Virus record (IMG/VR): IMGVR_UViG_3300024262_000030
Coordinates: 1 to 62,683 of that record
DNA length: 62,683 nt
Strand: one strand, 5' to 3'
Source of the DNA: a virus
Taxonomy: Duplodnaviria > Caudoviricetes
The notes under the pieces were generated by a model, which ran no database searches, was not told the origin of the DNA, and was given only the letters and a program-made list of their open reading frames with translations. Positions 16,770 through 27,085 of the stretch are shown piece after piece (within the stretch, counting starts at the first letter, position 1; each line of letters opens with the position of its first letter). Position numbers and translations under genes: made by a program.

Positions 16770-17797
16770 AAAAACTAGCAACAATTGAGAAAATTACAAA
16801 ATTTGAAAAACACCCGAACGCAGATCGTTTGAATTTGATCACGGTTAAGGGGTGGGAGTGTGTAACGGCATCTAACTATGAAGTTGGTGATCTAGTTGTT
16901 TACATCCAAATAGACACTACAGTTCCAAAAGCCGATTGGTCGGAGTTTTTGTTTGACAAAGGTAAACCTGATCAAACTAGAGCTAGAATTAAAACTATAA
17001 AATTGAGAGGTCGTGTATCACAGGGGTTGTGTCTTCCAGTTGATGTGCTTGGTTTGAAGCCGGATGAACCTATACTTGAAAGCGACGACGTTACAGAGGA
17101 ACTTGGAATTGAAAAATATCAAAAACCTGTACCGGTTCAGTTAAGCGGTGAGGTGGTTGGAAATTTCCCAACTCATATTTGCCCTAAGACAGACGAAGAA
17201 AGGATTCAAAATTTTCCAGAGTTGATTGATGAATTTAAAGCTCTTGACTGTGACGTGTATGTTTCCGTCAAAATGGATGGAACATCCTTTTCCGCAATTG
17301 CATACGAAGAAATGAATGGATTGAAAAATCTTAGCGTATGTGGTCGCAATTGGGAACTCAAGGAAACTGATGGTAATACCTACTGGAAGATGGCACACAA
17401 ATATAAATTGGATGAAAAAATGCAAGATTTGGAAGTCATTCAAGCGGAAATGATTGGTCCTAACATCCAAAAAAATCCAAGCGGAGAAGCTGAAGTTGGA
17501 TTGAGGGTATTTAACTATGGTACTGGATATGGTCGTAAATACTTTGGATTGAATGAGATGAGAAGTTTTTGTGAAAAAAATGAAATCCCTATGGTTCCTG
17601 TTATTTATGAAGGTAAGTTTAAATGGAATTCCATGGAAGAGTTGCTTGAGTTTGCTGATTCTGTTAAATATGACAACGGCAAACAAGCAGAAGGAATAGT
17701 GATTCGTCCTGTTAAGGAGGTTCATTCAGAATTGCTTGGTGGTAGATTGTCATTCAAGGTGATCTCAAATGAGTATGCAGCTAAACATGGAGACTAA
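16766..17797 (+). CDS. RNA ligase, DRB0094 (Rnl5) family
   Basis: N-terminal HPNADRL OB-fold, PKTDEERIQN, KMDGTS, QAEMIG, EGIVIR, FKVISN. Confidence 0.93.
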   Translation: MKKLATIEKITKFEKHPNADRLNLITVKGWECVTASNYEVGDLVVYIQIDTTVPKADWSEFLFDKGKPDQTRARIKTIKLRGRVSQGLCLPVDVLGLKPDEPILESDDVTEELGIEKYQKPVPVQLSGEVVGNFPTHICPKTDEERIQNFPELIDEFKALDCDVYVSVKMDGTSFSAIAYEEMNGLKNLSVCGRNWELKETDGNTYWKMAHKYKLDEKMQDLEVIQAEMIGPNIQKNPSGEAEVGLRVFNYGTGYGRKYFGLNEMRSFCEKNEIPMVPVIYEGKFKWNSMEELLEFADSVKYDNGKQAEGIVIRPVKEVHSELLGGRLSFKVISNEYAAKHGD

Positions 17798-18095
17798 AAT
17801 GAAAAATGGAAAAAAAGTAATTCTTGAAAAAATATTTCACTTCAATGATGATTCATACACAAACGAATCCGCTGGCAAAGAAGTAGATGGATTCAAAAGC
17901 AAAGGCTTGCCAACTGGATATATAGTTGAGGGTGTATTGCTTGATGATATAGAGGTCGGAAAAAGTGTAAGTTTAGCCAGACATGTCAGAAATGGAGTTG
18001 AAGTTGATGGACTTATGACCACGTCACCTGTTATGGAGATCACAAACGAAAAGATCAAAACAAAAAATTCAACATATAGAATAACGGTATTATGA
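17787..18095 (+). CDS. Conserved phage hypothetical protein
   Basis: TTSPV..KTKNSTY C-terminal motif. Confidence 0.6.
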   Translation: METKMKNGKKVILEKIFHFNDDSYTNESAGKEVDGFKSKGLPTGYIVEGVLLDDIEVGKSVSLARHVRNGVEVDGLMTTSPVMEITNEKIKTKNSTYRITVL

Positions 18096-18535
18096 ACATA
18101 TTAGATTTAAAAAAACTAAAAAACACAGCAAGAAAAAATAAGCAACCAGATGTTGTATCTGCGATTGACTATGTACTTTCTGAGATTGATTTGATTGAGT
18201 CAAGAAATAACAAAACTTTGAATGAAGACGAAGTTATGACATCAATCAAAAAGACTATTTCACAACTGAGAGAGACTCAAAATATGTATGCTGAAGCAGC
18301 ACGAAATGAGGACGCAGAAGTTCAAAAAGTCAGAGCAGATTATCTACAAACATTACTTCCACAACAATTGTCAGACGATGACGCGAAACAAGCTGTTGTT
18401 GATGCCATGATTGCCGTTGGTGCATCAAGCGTAAAAGACATGGGGAAAGTCATGGCACATCTTAAACAACAGTATGGAGCAGCTTTGGATATGAAAGTTG
18501 CATCTAATTTAGTGAAAACTTCGTTTTTGATTTGA
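18092..18535 (+). CDS. GatB/YqeY domain protein
   Basis: LPQQLS, KDMGKVM motifs. Confidence 0.9.
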   Translation: MNILDLKKLKNTARKNKQPDVVSAIDYVLSEIDLIESRNNKTLNEDEVMTSIKKTISQLRETQNMYAEAARNEDAEVQKVRADYLQTLLPQQLSDDDAKQAVVDAMIAVGASSVKDMGKVMAHLKQQYGAALDMKVASNLVKTSFLI

Positions 18536-18597
18536 CTTTTTATAACGTGGTTGGTATAGTTGTATCAATTCAACTGAACGTTTTACAAAAAGGAAAA

Positions 18598-19383
18598 ATG
18601 AAACAGAATAAAAATGATTTAGGATCAAGGATGAAGGATTACGAACAACGTGCTCGTAGTTACCTTCAACGAAGATCATACACTGTAATTAGAGTTGATG
18701 GGAAATGTTTTTCTTCATACACACGTGGTCTTAAAAAGCCATTTGATGAAGGTTTGGTTGAAGATATGCAACTAACCACTCAATTTCTTTGTGAAAACAT
18801 ACAGGGTTGCAAACTAGGATATACACAAAGCGACGAAATTAGCTTAATCCTCACCGACTTTGACAACAACCAAACCGATGCGTATTTTGACGGTCAAATC
18901 CAGAAGATTTGTTCGGTTGTTGCTAGTATGGCAACTGCCAAGTTTAATCAATTGAGACTAAAGAGATATGCTGTTGAACTTGAAGGTTTGCCTATCTTGG
19001 CATTCTTTGATGCCCGTGCATTCAATCTACCATCTTTCACGGAAACAATGAATTATCTTCGTTGGCGTCAAAAAGATGCAGTAAAAAATTCAATCAGTAT
19101 GGTTGCACAGTCGTTGTATTCTGACAAACAACTTCACAAGAAGAATGGTTCAGAAAAACAGGAGATGATTTTCCAAAAAGGACAAAATTGGAATGATTAT
19201 CCTGCTAGTCAAAAACGTGGAACTACGGTAGTCCGTAGACCATTTACCGCTATTTCGGATGAAGGTGACACTTATTCCAGAAGCCGTTGGGAAGTTGAAA
19301 CTCCTGATCTGTTGAAAGACACTGCGCCGGAGTATCTTGGGGAAATTTTTCCAGATGAAAAATATACCGAAACTGCTGGCTGA
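18598..19383 (+). CDS. tRNA-His guanylyltransferase (Thg1-like protein)
   Basis: RMKDYE, IRVDG, YTQSDEISL, FDAR, WRQKDA.KNS. Confidence 0.95.
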   Translation: MKQNKNDLGSRMKDYEQRARSYLQRRSYTVIRVDGKCFSSYTRGLKKPFDEGLVEDMQLTTQFLCENIQGCKLGYTQSDEISLILTDFDNNQTDAYFDGQIQKICSVVASMATAKFNQLRLKRYAVELEGLPILAFFDARAFNLPSFTETMNYLRWRQKDAVKNSISMVAQSLYSDKQLHKKNGSEKQEMIFQKGQNWNDYPASQKRGTTVVRRPFTAISDEGDTYSRSRWEVETPDLLKDTAPEYLGEIFPDEKYTETAG

Positions 19384-19503
19384 CACATTATTTTCTATTG
19401 TTGAAATATTATTTTTTGGATTTTCCTTTATCGCTGTGATATTAATTCTCACAAAGTGTATATTATATGTGATTGGGATTTTCCTTTACAACCCGAAAGA
19501 AAC

Positions 19504-19746
19504 ATGAAATTAAAAAATTGGATTACAAACGCAATTGACGAACTTCAAAATTCAGATGATTTTGCTGAAACCTTTGTTGAAAAACGCCTTGAACTTAGTA
19601 GAACTTACTTGAAAGATAAAGTATTATCAACATCACATGGTGCAGACATTTTTGAAAATATTTTGAAGTGTTTGAGTGGTGAAGAATGGAAAGAACAAGG
19701 GGTATATGGAGACAATTTCAGAAAGCTCATTAAAGAAAATCAATGA
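19504..19746 (+). CDS. Hypothetical protein
   Basis: Co-directional ORF. Confidence 0.55.
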   Translation: MKLKNWITNAIDELQNSDDFAETFVEKRLELSRTYLKDKVLSTSHGADIFENILKCLSGEEWKEQGVYGDNFRKLIKENQ

Positions 19747-19916
19747 AAAATTTAATAACGTTAATGTTAAGCCTATTCATGATCCTCCATATTCTGGAAG
19801 AGAATGAAAAATACGAAGAAAGTAAATATCCAAAAGCGGTGGAGCCTGTAAAGGTTCCCGAACATATAATGGAAATTTATCGCGCTTCCGTATAAGTCGG
19901 AATATTTATACATCTT

Positions 19917-20252
19917 ATGAGTGATACTATTCAAAATGGAAAAGGTGACAAACCTATCAATTGCCATTCGGAAAAATTCAAGGAAAACTTTGATAACATC
20001 AAAGGATTTGGATATAAACCGAAATGGCAGCTTGAGCTTGAAAAACAAGAAAAAGCAAAAAAGAAACCGAAAAAAGTTAAGCTGGAGAAAAAGACAAGTT
20101 CTGTTTGGTTGAATTCTAAGGAGTTTGAAAAAGTGAGGATCATAGATCCTGACGGGTGGGATCGTGAAAATTGGGAATTTTCGTTTTTCCATGAAAAAAT
20201 CACAAAGCAAGAATTTGAAAGCCGATTGATTAAATCTACTATAAAAGCTTGA
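19917..20252 (+). CDS. Hypothetical protein
   Basis: NGKGDKP and DPDGWDR motifs; TATTTAT upstream. Confidence 0.65.
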   Translation: MSDTIQNGKGDKPINCHSEKFKENFDNIKGFGYKPKWQLELEKQEKAKKKPKKVKLEKKTSSVWLNSKEFEKVRIIDPDGWDRENWEFSFFHEKITKQEFESRLIKSTIKA

Positions 20253-20283
20253 CTTTTTACAATTGCTGATGTATAATTCTGTT

Positions 20284-20733
20284 ATGAGAAAAGTTAAATC
20301 AGCAGGAATTTTAATCAAAAGCAATGACAAGGTGTTATTGGTTCACGCAACGGGTCAAAAGCCTGAAATGGGTTGGGGTCTGCCTAAAGGTAGAGTTGAT
20401 GATGGTGAATCATTAACACAAGCAGCGGTAAGAGAGACATTTGAGGAATGTGGGTTGAGTATACCGGAAGACGGGTTACAACCATTGACAATGACCTCAT
20501 ACAACTCTTCGGATGAAGGGGAACGAATCAAAAAGGAACTTCATGTATTTATGTTTGAAACTGATGAATCTATTCAACAGGAAAAGTTGAGTTGTTCAAC
20601 ATTTTTCAATCCACATTGGGTAAAAAATGAGAATGTAAAATTGCCAGAAGTTGATAATTTCAAATGGGTGGAAATCTCGGATGTAAAGAACGTGGCAATG
20701 AAGTCAATTAAAAAGGTATTTGATTTATTATAA
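20284..20733 (+). CDS. NUDIX hydrolase
   Basis: PKGRVDDGESLTQAAVRETFEECG Nudix box, PEVD. Confidence 0.92.
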   Translation: MRKVKSAGILIKSNDKVLLVHATGQKPEMGWGLPKGRVDDGESLTQAAVRETFEECGLSIPEDGLQPLTMTSYNSSDEGERIKKELHVFMFETDESIQQEKLSCSTFFNPHWVKNENVKLPEVDNFKWVEISDVKNVAMKSIKKVFDLL

Positions 20734-20769
20734 TTTGACAAAATATTGAAATTATTGTATGATACTATC

Positions 20770-21009
20770 ATGAATATAGAACAAGAAGAATTTGAATCGT
20801 TGGTTGATGATTTATTATATTTTGCCATGAAATATCACATGACAAGAAACAACGAGAGGGTAAGAAAACAGTTTGAAGTTCTTTTGAAATCATACGTTGC
20901 AAAAGTGTGTGCTGAAAGAATCCAAGATCAAAAAATTGTTGAAAAACTGAAAAAGGAACATGATGCCGGCAGCCAAGAAAAAAACAGCGAAGAAAAAAAC
21001 GACAACTAA
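20770..21009 (+). CDS. Hypothetical protein
   Basis: Co-directional ORF after promoter-like site. Confidence 0.55.
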   Translation: MNIEQEEFESLVDDLLYFAMKYHMTRNNERVRKQFEVLLKSYVAKVCAERIQDQKIVEKLKKEHDAGSQEKNSEEKNDN

Positions 21010-21457
21010 AAAGAAGGCTTCTGGAAAATCATTGTGGGATCATTTGACCGCAATCAAGACAATTCAAGATCCGAAATATTTTGACAAATTGACTGAGTCT
21101 GATTTGAAGACTTGGAATAACTACATGATATTGCGAACATTGTCATATAATGATGACTATCTGATTTTAGCAAACGAATTGAATCGTTTGTATAATCTAA
21201 CTCCAAAACAACTTTATACGGTTCTCATTGATTTTCTACCGAAACAAAAAACTTACGAGAAATTCATTAGAGGCAAAAATGAAGGCAAATACTCCGGTGA
21301 AATCTTAGAGTTGGTTGCGAGGTATTTTGAAATTTCGGAAATTCATGCTGTTGATTATTTGGATATGTTTTATTCGTGTGATGAAGGAAAACGAGAACTG
21401 ATTAAAATTACAGAAACGTATGGTTGGGATGCAAAACAACAAAAACAGAATTTATGA
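20960..21457 (+). CDS. Clamp loader small subunit (T4 gp62-like)
   Basis: YMILRTLS, ANELN, LPK, VARYFEIS pattern. Confidence 0.7.
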   Translation: MMPAAKKKTAKKKTTTKKKASGKSLWDHLTAIKTIQDPKYFDKLTESDLKTWNNYMILRTLSYNDDYLILANELNRLYNLTPKQLYTVLIDFLPKQKTYEKFIRGKNEGKYSGEILELVARYFEISEIHAVDYLDMFYSCDEGKRELIKITETYGWDAKQQKQNL

Positions 21458-21963
21458 AGAAACAAAAAGTATTTAAAGCACCAGAAAACATATCAATTAG
21501 AGATAGAAATCTCCCGAGTGTATTTTTGGCTGGGACGATTGACACGGGCAACTCCATTGATTGGCAAACAGATTTGACAAAACAACTCAAGCTGAACTCC
21601 AACATCTTCAATCCAAGACGTGATGGTTGGGATGATTCATGGGAAACTACAATTAATTCTCCACAGTTCAACGAACAAGTAAATTGGGAATTGGATGCAC
21701 TTGAAGAATCAGATATAATTGCTATGTATTTTGCAGATGGTAGTAAGTCTCCAATTTCACTATTGGAACTTGGGTTGTTTGCAAATCAGAATACATGGGC
21801 AGATGGCCCAAAACTTGTTGTGTATTGTAATGATTTTTATAGAAAAGGAAATGTTGACATTGTATGTCAGCGGTATAACATACCCGTATTCACAAACTAT
21901 GAAACATGGGTTCAAGAAATCAAAAGAAAGTTGAAGAAAATAAGATGCGTATATTCGGATTAA
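21454..21963 (+). CDS. Nucleoside 2-deoxyribosyltransferase-like protein
   Basis: VFLAGTI, NPRR, QVNWE, SPISLLELG, RKGNV. Confidence 0.88.
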   Translation: MKKQKVFKAPENISIRDRNLPSVFLAGTIDTGNSIDWQTDLTKQLKLNSNIFNPRRDGWDDSWETTINSPQFNEQVNWELDALEESDIIAMYFADGSKSPISLLELGLFANQNTWADGPKLVVYCNDFYRKGNVDIVCQRYNIPVFTNYETWVQEIKRKLKKIRCVYSD

Positions 21964-22547
21964 CAGGAGTAGCAAGATGTGGGAAAGACTCATTTTGTAG
22001 ATTGGGAGTAGAATATTTATTTGAAACTCGTGGATGGTATGGACAACGATATGCATTGGCTGATGAATTGAAGGCTGATGTTGCTGGTTTTATCCGTGAT
22101 AAAGTTGGAATTGATGTGGCAACGGACGATCCAAATGAAAAAGCATTAATCCGACCATTGCTTGTTGAATATGGCAGAATACAACGGATAAAATCGGAAG
22201 CACAGTATTGGACATCTAAAGTTGGTGAGAAGATTGAAAAGGATAAAATCAGCGATGTAGTCTTCATTACCGATGTTAGATATACAACATATCCGAAAGA
22301 TGAAATATACTGGCTCCAGAATAAAATGGATGGAAAATTGATTCACATTTCACAATACAATGTTGATGCTTCTGGAGATAGAAACTATTTAGCTCCGCCA
22401 AACAAAGATGAAGCGGAAAACGATCCTGTGTTGAAAGCAAATGCAGATTATCACTTTGAATGGAAAACTGTATTAACTCAAGATGGTGAACCTGATTGGG
22501 TGAAAATGAAAAAACAAATTGGTGAATTTTTAGATAAAATATTATGA
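21945..22547 (+). CDS. Deoxynucleoside monophosphate kinase
   Basis: GLTGVARCGKD, ADELK, ITDVR. Confidence 0.82.
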   Translation: MRIFGLTGVARCGKDSFCRLGVEYLFETRGWYGQRYALADELKADVAGFIRDKVGIDVATDDPNEKALIRPLLVEYGRIQRIKSEAQYWTSKVGEKIEKDKISDVVFITDVRYTTYPKDEIYWLQNKMDGKLIHISQYNVDASGDRNYLAPPNKDEAENDPVLKANADYHFEWKTVLTQDGEPDWVKMKKQIGEFLDKIL

Positions 22548-22798
22548 ACGACGAAAACGAAAAAACAGTGGAGTATATTGTTACTCCTGAACATCCTGAT
22601 TATGATGAAGTGGTTAAAAACACAATTGATTGTGAACCATGGCGTCAAACTGACGAAAATTTGAAACAAAGTGAAGAAGAGTTGAAAAATCATTTCAACG
22701 GTGGGGGTAACGACGATTCTAAGCGAGATGTCACATTCGCTTTGATTTTCGTTGTTGCAACGATAGTTGGATTCGTAATTGCTCAACTTTTGATGTGA
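22544..22798 (+). CDS. Small protein with C-terminal transmembrane helix
   Basis: Hydrophobic C-terminus, coupled overlaps. Confidence 0.6.
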   Translation: MNDENEKTVEYIVTPEHPDYDEVVKNTIDCEPWRQTDENLKQSEEELKNHFNGGGNDDSKRDVTFALIFVVATIVGFVIAQLLM

Positions 22799-23301
22799 TG
22801 AAACCTTCGTGGGATGTATATTATCTGGCGCAGTGTTTTTTAATAGCACAACGAAGCATAGATACTGGAACTAAGTGTGGTGCGATAATCGTATCAAAGG
22901 ATAACCGAGTATTGTCACAGGGCTATAACGGTCCATTGAAAAAAATACATGACTCCCAAGTTCCAATGACACGTCCTGAAAAGTATTACCACATGATTCA
23001 CGCTGAAGAAAATGCTATATTGGCATACAACGGTAGTTACCAAGACATTCAAGGTTCAAGCATATACATCACGGGAACACCTTGTCACAAATGTTTGAGA
23101 ATGATCATTCAAAAGGGAATTTCTGAGATTGTTGTTCCTGAGTTTCCAATTACAAAGTGTCAAGATGAAGGTGATTTGAAAGCTGCTGAATTTATGATGG
23201 AACAAAGCGACATCAAAATACGGACAATATCCGAGATTGATAGAATTTTCAAACTGTTTGACATGACAAAATATTACATGGATGAAAAACTCTCAAACTA
23301 A
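22795..23301 (+). CDS. dCMP deaminase
   Basis: GYNG, HAEENA, PCHKC. Confidence 0.93.
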   Translation: MMKPSWDVYYLAQCFLIAQRSIDTGTKCGAIIVSKDNRVLSQGYNGPLKKIHDSQVPMTRPEKYYHMIHAEENAILAYNGSYQDIQGSSIYITGTPCHKCLRMIIQKGISEIVVPEFPITKCQDEGDLKAAEFMMEQSDIKIRTISEIDRIFKLFDMTKYYMDEKLSN

Positions 23302-24196
23302 AAAAACATATTCACAGATATTGCCGTTTGACATAAATTGTAGAGTTGATAAACAATTCGGCCGATTGCCTTTATCTATAATGGAATTTGATTCCGCTTC
23401 AAAAAAGAAATGGGAATGTGCATATTTTGAACAGGATGAAACAAGTAGACGGCGAAGTTCAAACTGTGAATATTTGAAAAATCTACAATTTTCAGAATTT
23501 CATGCTGGTGAAGCTGAGTGGATTCTTCGATACTGGAGTATGAAAGGTTCTGTAGTTGTAGATCCATTTGCTGGTAGAGCCACTAGAGCCGTCGTATCTT
23601 CTAAATTGGAAAGGCATTATACGGGATATGAAATTTCTCCTGATACATTTAAAAAATCCAAAGAATTGTATTCAGACAATGGGATATCTCCAACATTATA
23701 TCTGGGAGACGGGTGTAAGATGTATAATACCGAAGATGAATCGGCTCACTTGGTTTTTACATGTCCTCCATATTTCAATATAGAAAAATATGAAAATGTT
23801 GATTGTCAATTATCATCAATTGATTCTTATGATATATTTTTGGAAAAAATTTCCGAATGTGTTTCTAACATTTTTAGAGTTTTGAAACCCGGTGGATTTG
23901 TGTGTTGGAAGGTTGGTGACTGGAGAGATTCTACTGATTTTCGTTTGTTTTCACATGATAGTATTTCAATATTTAAATCTAACAATTTCAAAATATGGGA
24001 TATGATTATTATTAAAAATAATTCTCCGTTTGCTGCGTTGCAAGCTGGAAAATCAGCATCAAAAAGAAAAACAAGCAAAATTCATGAATATTTACTGGTT
24101 TTTAAAAAACCAGGAGAACTTGACATTTCAGGATTACAAGCTGATGTGGATTTGATTGAAAATGAATCAGCGAACTCTTTTTTTGATTTTGAATGA
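23282..24196 (+). CDS. Amino DNA methyltransferase
   Basis: DPFAG, TCPPY, VLKPGG, HEYLLVF. Confidence 0.88.
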   Translation: MKNSQTKKTYSQILPFDINCRVDKQFGRLPLSIMEFDSASKKKWECAYFEQDETSRRRSSNCEYLKNLQFSEFHAGEAEWILRYWSMKGSVVVDPFAGRATRAVVSSKLERHYTGYEISPDTFKKSKELYSDNGISPTLYLGDGCKMYNTEDESAHLVFTCPPYFNIEKYENVDCQLSSIDSYDIFLEKISECVSNIFRVLKPGGFVCWKVGDWRDSTDFRLFSHDSISIFKSNNFKIWDMIIIKNNSPFAALQAGKSASKRKTSKIHEYLLVFKKPGELDISGLQADVDLIENESANSFFDFE

Positions 24197-24498
24197 CTAC
24201 TATAGTAAATCTATACAAAAGTGAATATGACGTTTATATTGGTCGTGATCCTCGTTATGGTGACACAAAGTGGGGCAATCCATTTAAAGACCCTTTGATG
24301 CCCTTGCATGAAAAGTTACAAAAATATGAAGAATATGTAACAAATTCACAACATCTAATGGATTCGTTGGGTGAATTAAAAGGAAAAAAGCTGGGTTGTA
24401 CATGTAAGCCAAAACCTTGTCACGGTGATGTTTTAGTTAAACTCACCAATCAAAAGTTTGGCGGTGAACCTGTAGATTCTGAGTTTTTTGCTTATTGA
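24193..24498 (+). CDS. DUF4326 protein
   Basis: DVYIGR, KWGNPF, LGCTCKP..CHGDVL. Confidence 0.88.
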   Translation: MTTIVNLYKSEYDVYIGRDPRYGDTKWGNPFKDPLMPLHEKLQKYEEYVTNSQHLMDSLGELKGKKLGCTCKPKPCHGDVLVKLTNQKFGGEPVDSEFFAY

Positions 24499-24558
24499 TT
24501 ATAATTTCAGTTTGATATTTATGTACTTTACAGTCTAATCTCAAACAAGGGAACAAAA

Positions 24559-24876
24559 ATGAAAAGCAAATTGAAGATAAATGTGTACGAATCTGAAATA
24601 TTGAAATCGTTTCACAATCAAGATGAATCCGAAACCTTTGAATTTGTGTCAAAAATGATAAATGGATATGAATACCCTCACATCACAGCGAGAAATTTGA
24701 TTCATCATTTAGCAGATTATGTCAATCAATATGTTGATGCTTCTTCTTCATTTGAAATTCAAACAACCAGCGACGAAAAAGGTTCTCTAGTAGTGAAAGT
24801 GGTTAATACCGCTTCTAAAGACGAACAGGCAACAGCTGAAGCGAATAGAGTAAAAGTTGTTGATGTGGAAAAATAA
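24559..24876 (+). CDS. Hypothetical protein
   Basis: AAGGGA SD. Confidence 0.65.
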   Translation: MKSKLKINVYESEILKSFHNQDESETFEFVSKMINGYEYPHITARNLIHHLADYVNQYVDASSSFEIQTTSDEKGSLVVKVVNTASKDEQATAEANRVKVVDVEK

Positions 24877-24914
24877 AGCTTGACAGTTTTTACAAAATAG
24901 GTTATAGTATATTC

Positions 24915-25301
24915 ATGCAAAGCTTATTCTTAGATGACATTCGCAATCCCCATGGAGTAAAATGGGCGGTAACAGATATACAAAATCAAAACATTAAATT
25001 ACCTGATACGGTATATGATATCGTACGTAATTATGATGAGTTTGTTGCTTATATTGACAAACAAATGCCAGACATGATTACATTTGATCATGATCTTGCT
25101 GATGAACATTACAATACATCGTTAAACCCTGACAATTTCAAGGAAAAGACAGGTTTACATTGTGCCAATTACTTAGTTGAAAAATGTATCAATGAGAAGC
25201 GTAGGTTGCCGATTGTGTATGTTCATTCCATGAATCCAATTGGAAAACGAAACATCATTTCATTATGCAACTCAGCAAAACGGAATTTTGACTTTTTATG
25301 A
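24915..25301 (+). CDS. Cyclic-phosphate-processing receiver domain protein
   Basis: LFLDDIR, FDHDL, TG, HSMNPIG. Confidence 0.8.
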   Translation: MQSLFLDDIRNPHGVKWAVTDIQNQNIKLPDTVYDIVRNYDEFVAYIDKQMPDMITFDHDLADEHYNTSLNPDNFKEKTGLHCANYLVEKCINEKRRLPIVYVHSMNPIGKRNIISLCNSAKRNFDFL

Positions 25302-25696
25302 ATGTAAATGAATTATACAGCAAATCAACATTGAATGCTGCTAAAATTAACAATGTAGCTGAAAAACGGAGAAATCAAAATGATCGTATTAAGCGTGAGG
25401 CTGTAATGCGATTTTTTCCACATTTAATTAATTTCATTGAAAAACAAATTGAACTTCAAGCTGAAAATGGCAACTTTACCTGTGTAGTATCAGTGGATAA
25501 AGTGGGGCGTACTGGTATTGAAATAAGAGGGATGAAAAATGGAATAGTTTGTGCGTGTGACTGGGATATTTATAGAGTCGTTGATGAACATTTTACACAA
25601 CAGGGATTTTCAGTCAAGGCATTACCAAGCATAGAACGTACTAATTGGTATATTTCATGGGAAAATGCCGTAACTCCATTGGATTATCAAATATGA
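25298..25696 (+). CDS. Hypothetical protein
   Basis: ATGA-coupled ORF. Confidence 0.6.
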   Translation: MNVNELYSKSTLNAAKINNVAEKRRNQNDRIKREAVMRFFPHLINFIEKQIELQAENGNFTCVVSVDKVGRTGIEIRGMKNGIVCACDWDIYRVVDEHFTQQGFSVKALPSIERTNWYISWENAVTPLDYQI

Positions 25697-26421
25697 GTTT
25701 TTTAGATTACAGCGACCAAATAGATTATCCTATATTTTTACAGGAATGTAATAACCCAGCATCAAACGAGTTATTCAGAAATACTATCAACAAGTATCAT
25801 AGCTATGTGAAATATAAGGATGCCCCCACGCGAAATATCCGTTGGTTGGTGATTGAAACATCTACTGGTCACTGTATCGGTGCTGTTGGAATTGCCAGTT
25901 GTGTACTTGCTTTAAAATCTCGCGATGGTTTCGTCGGATGGGATAAAGACGCACGAATGAAAAATTCCAACAAGGTTGCTAACAACTCACGATTTTGTTT
26001 GATTCCCAATGCGTCCAAATTGAAAAATGTTGCATCTATGACATTGAAACTTGTCGGTATTGAAGGCAGAAAAAGATGGAAAGAAAAATACGGTGACGAT
26101 CTGGTTTTGCTTGAAACTTACATTGAACAAATAGACAATGGAGAATTACACCGTTCAGGAGCATGTTACAAAGCTAGTAACTGGATATATGTAGGAGAAA
26201 CTACAGGTGTAAGCATAAGCAAGTCTCCTATGACACTGTGGAAGAAAGAGGATACTGCTCGTGGTAGATTATGTAGAGCGAATCCTGAAGCTGCCTTGGA
26301 AAAGTATGGAAAGTATTTAGGAGAAACTCAAAACGCTGGGTATAAAGTTTCAAAGTCAACTCCTAAAATGGTATTTGTGAAACCTCTTGTAAAGGATTGG
26401 CGAAAACACCTTGTGAATTAA
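25693..26421 (+). CDS. DUF4338/DruA-like (Mom/GNAT-like fold) protein
   Basis: YHSY, RD.FVGW, NNSRF, LLETY, GACYKASNW..GET. Confidence 0.75.
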   Translation: MSFLDYSDQIDYPIFLQECNNPASNELFRNTINKYHSYVKYKDAPTRNIRWLVIETSTGHCIGAVGIASCVLALKSRDGFVGWDKDARMKNSNKVANNSRFCLIPNASKLKNVASMTLKLVGIEGRKRWKEKYGDDLVLLETYIEQIDNGELHRSGACYKASNWIYVGETTGVSISKSPMTLWKKEDTARGRLCRANPEAALEKYGKYLGETQNAGYKVSKSTPKMVFVKPLVKDWRKHLVN

Positions 26422-27062
26422 TCATATTTACAAGGAATATCCTCAAACTCTAGCCCGTAATGTTCGCATATATCCATACATTTCAACCAAGCTGCTTTAG
26501 CTTCTGTTTCATTTCCACTTTTGCTTAATGCTTTTAGTTTCTTGAGTTTTCCAAAAGTGCTTGCATCCATATTTTGATAAATATACTTCTCCATATGTGG
26601 AACGGTATCTTCTGTCTCAAAGTTGTCAATCTCCTTGCCATGCTTATCAGCTAAACCGCCTAATACATTCATATCAGTACTTGGATTCCATTTTTCTGTT
26701 AAATGACCATATCGTTCTTCGTATTGCTTTTTAAGCTTCTCCATTTTTTGATCAACTATACCATACTCTTCATTTAAAAAGTAAAGCATATTCATAATGG
26801 GAGTTTGAACAGTAGGCATAAACACTTCATTCATTTTGAAAAAGTTTTCTGCTTCTTGGGTTCCATCCTTGATTCCAGCTTGCTCTAGCATCAATTGACG
26901 TTTTCTAGTACCCTCTTTAATTTTCTCGTGATACTTGACATTGTAATGACCGGCAATCTCGTCAATCTTTGCTTTGGATTGTTTCGTTTGCTTTTTCGCT
27001 TCTTGTAATGACTCCATTGTAAAGTCATTCTTCATTAAATCTATTATTGAGTATTCTGACAT
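26418..27062 (-). CDS. Hypothetical protein with DUF2786-like C-terminus
   Basis: KLKKLKALS.SGNETEAKAA..YGL. Confidence 0.55.
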   Translation of the reverse strand: MSEYSIIDLMKNDFTMESLQEAKKQTKQSKAKIDEIAGHYNVKYHEKIKEGTRKRQLMLEQAGIKDGTQEAENFFKMNEVFMPTVQTPIMNMLYFLNEEYGIVDQKMEKLKKQYEERYGHLTEKWNPSTDMNVLGGLADKHGKEIDNFETEDTVPHMEKYIYQNMDASTFGKLKKLKALSKSGNETEAKAAWLKCMDICEHYGLEFEDIPCKYD

Positions 27063-27085
27063 ATATGTATATATATCAAGAAAAA

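Noticed and set aside
17141-20330. Long antisense ORFs (17141-17725, 19773-20330) and similar ones elsewhere
   Set aside because: Lie opposite well-supported genes and show no motifs
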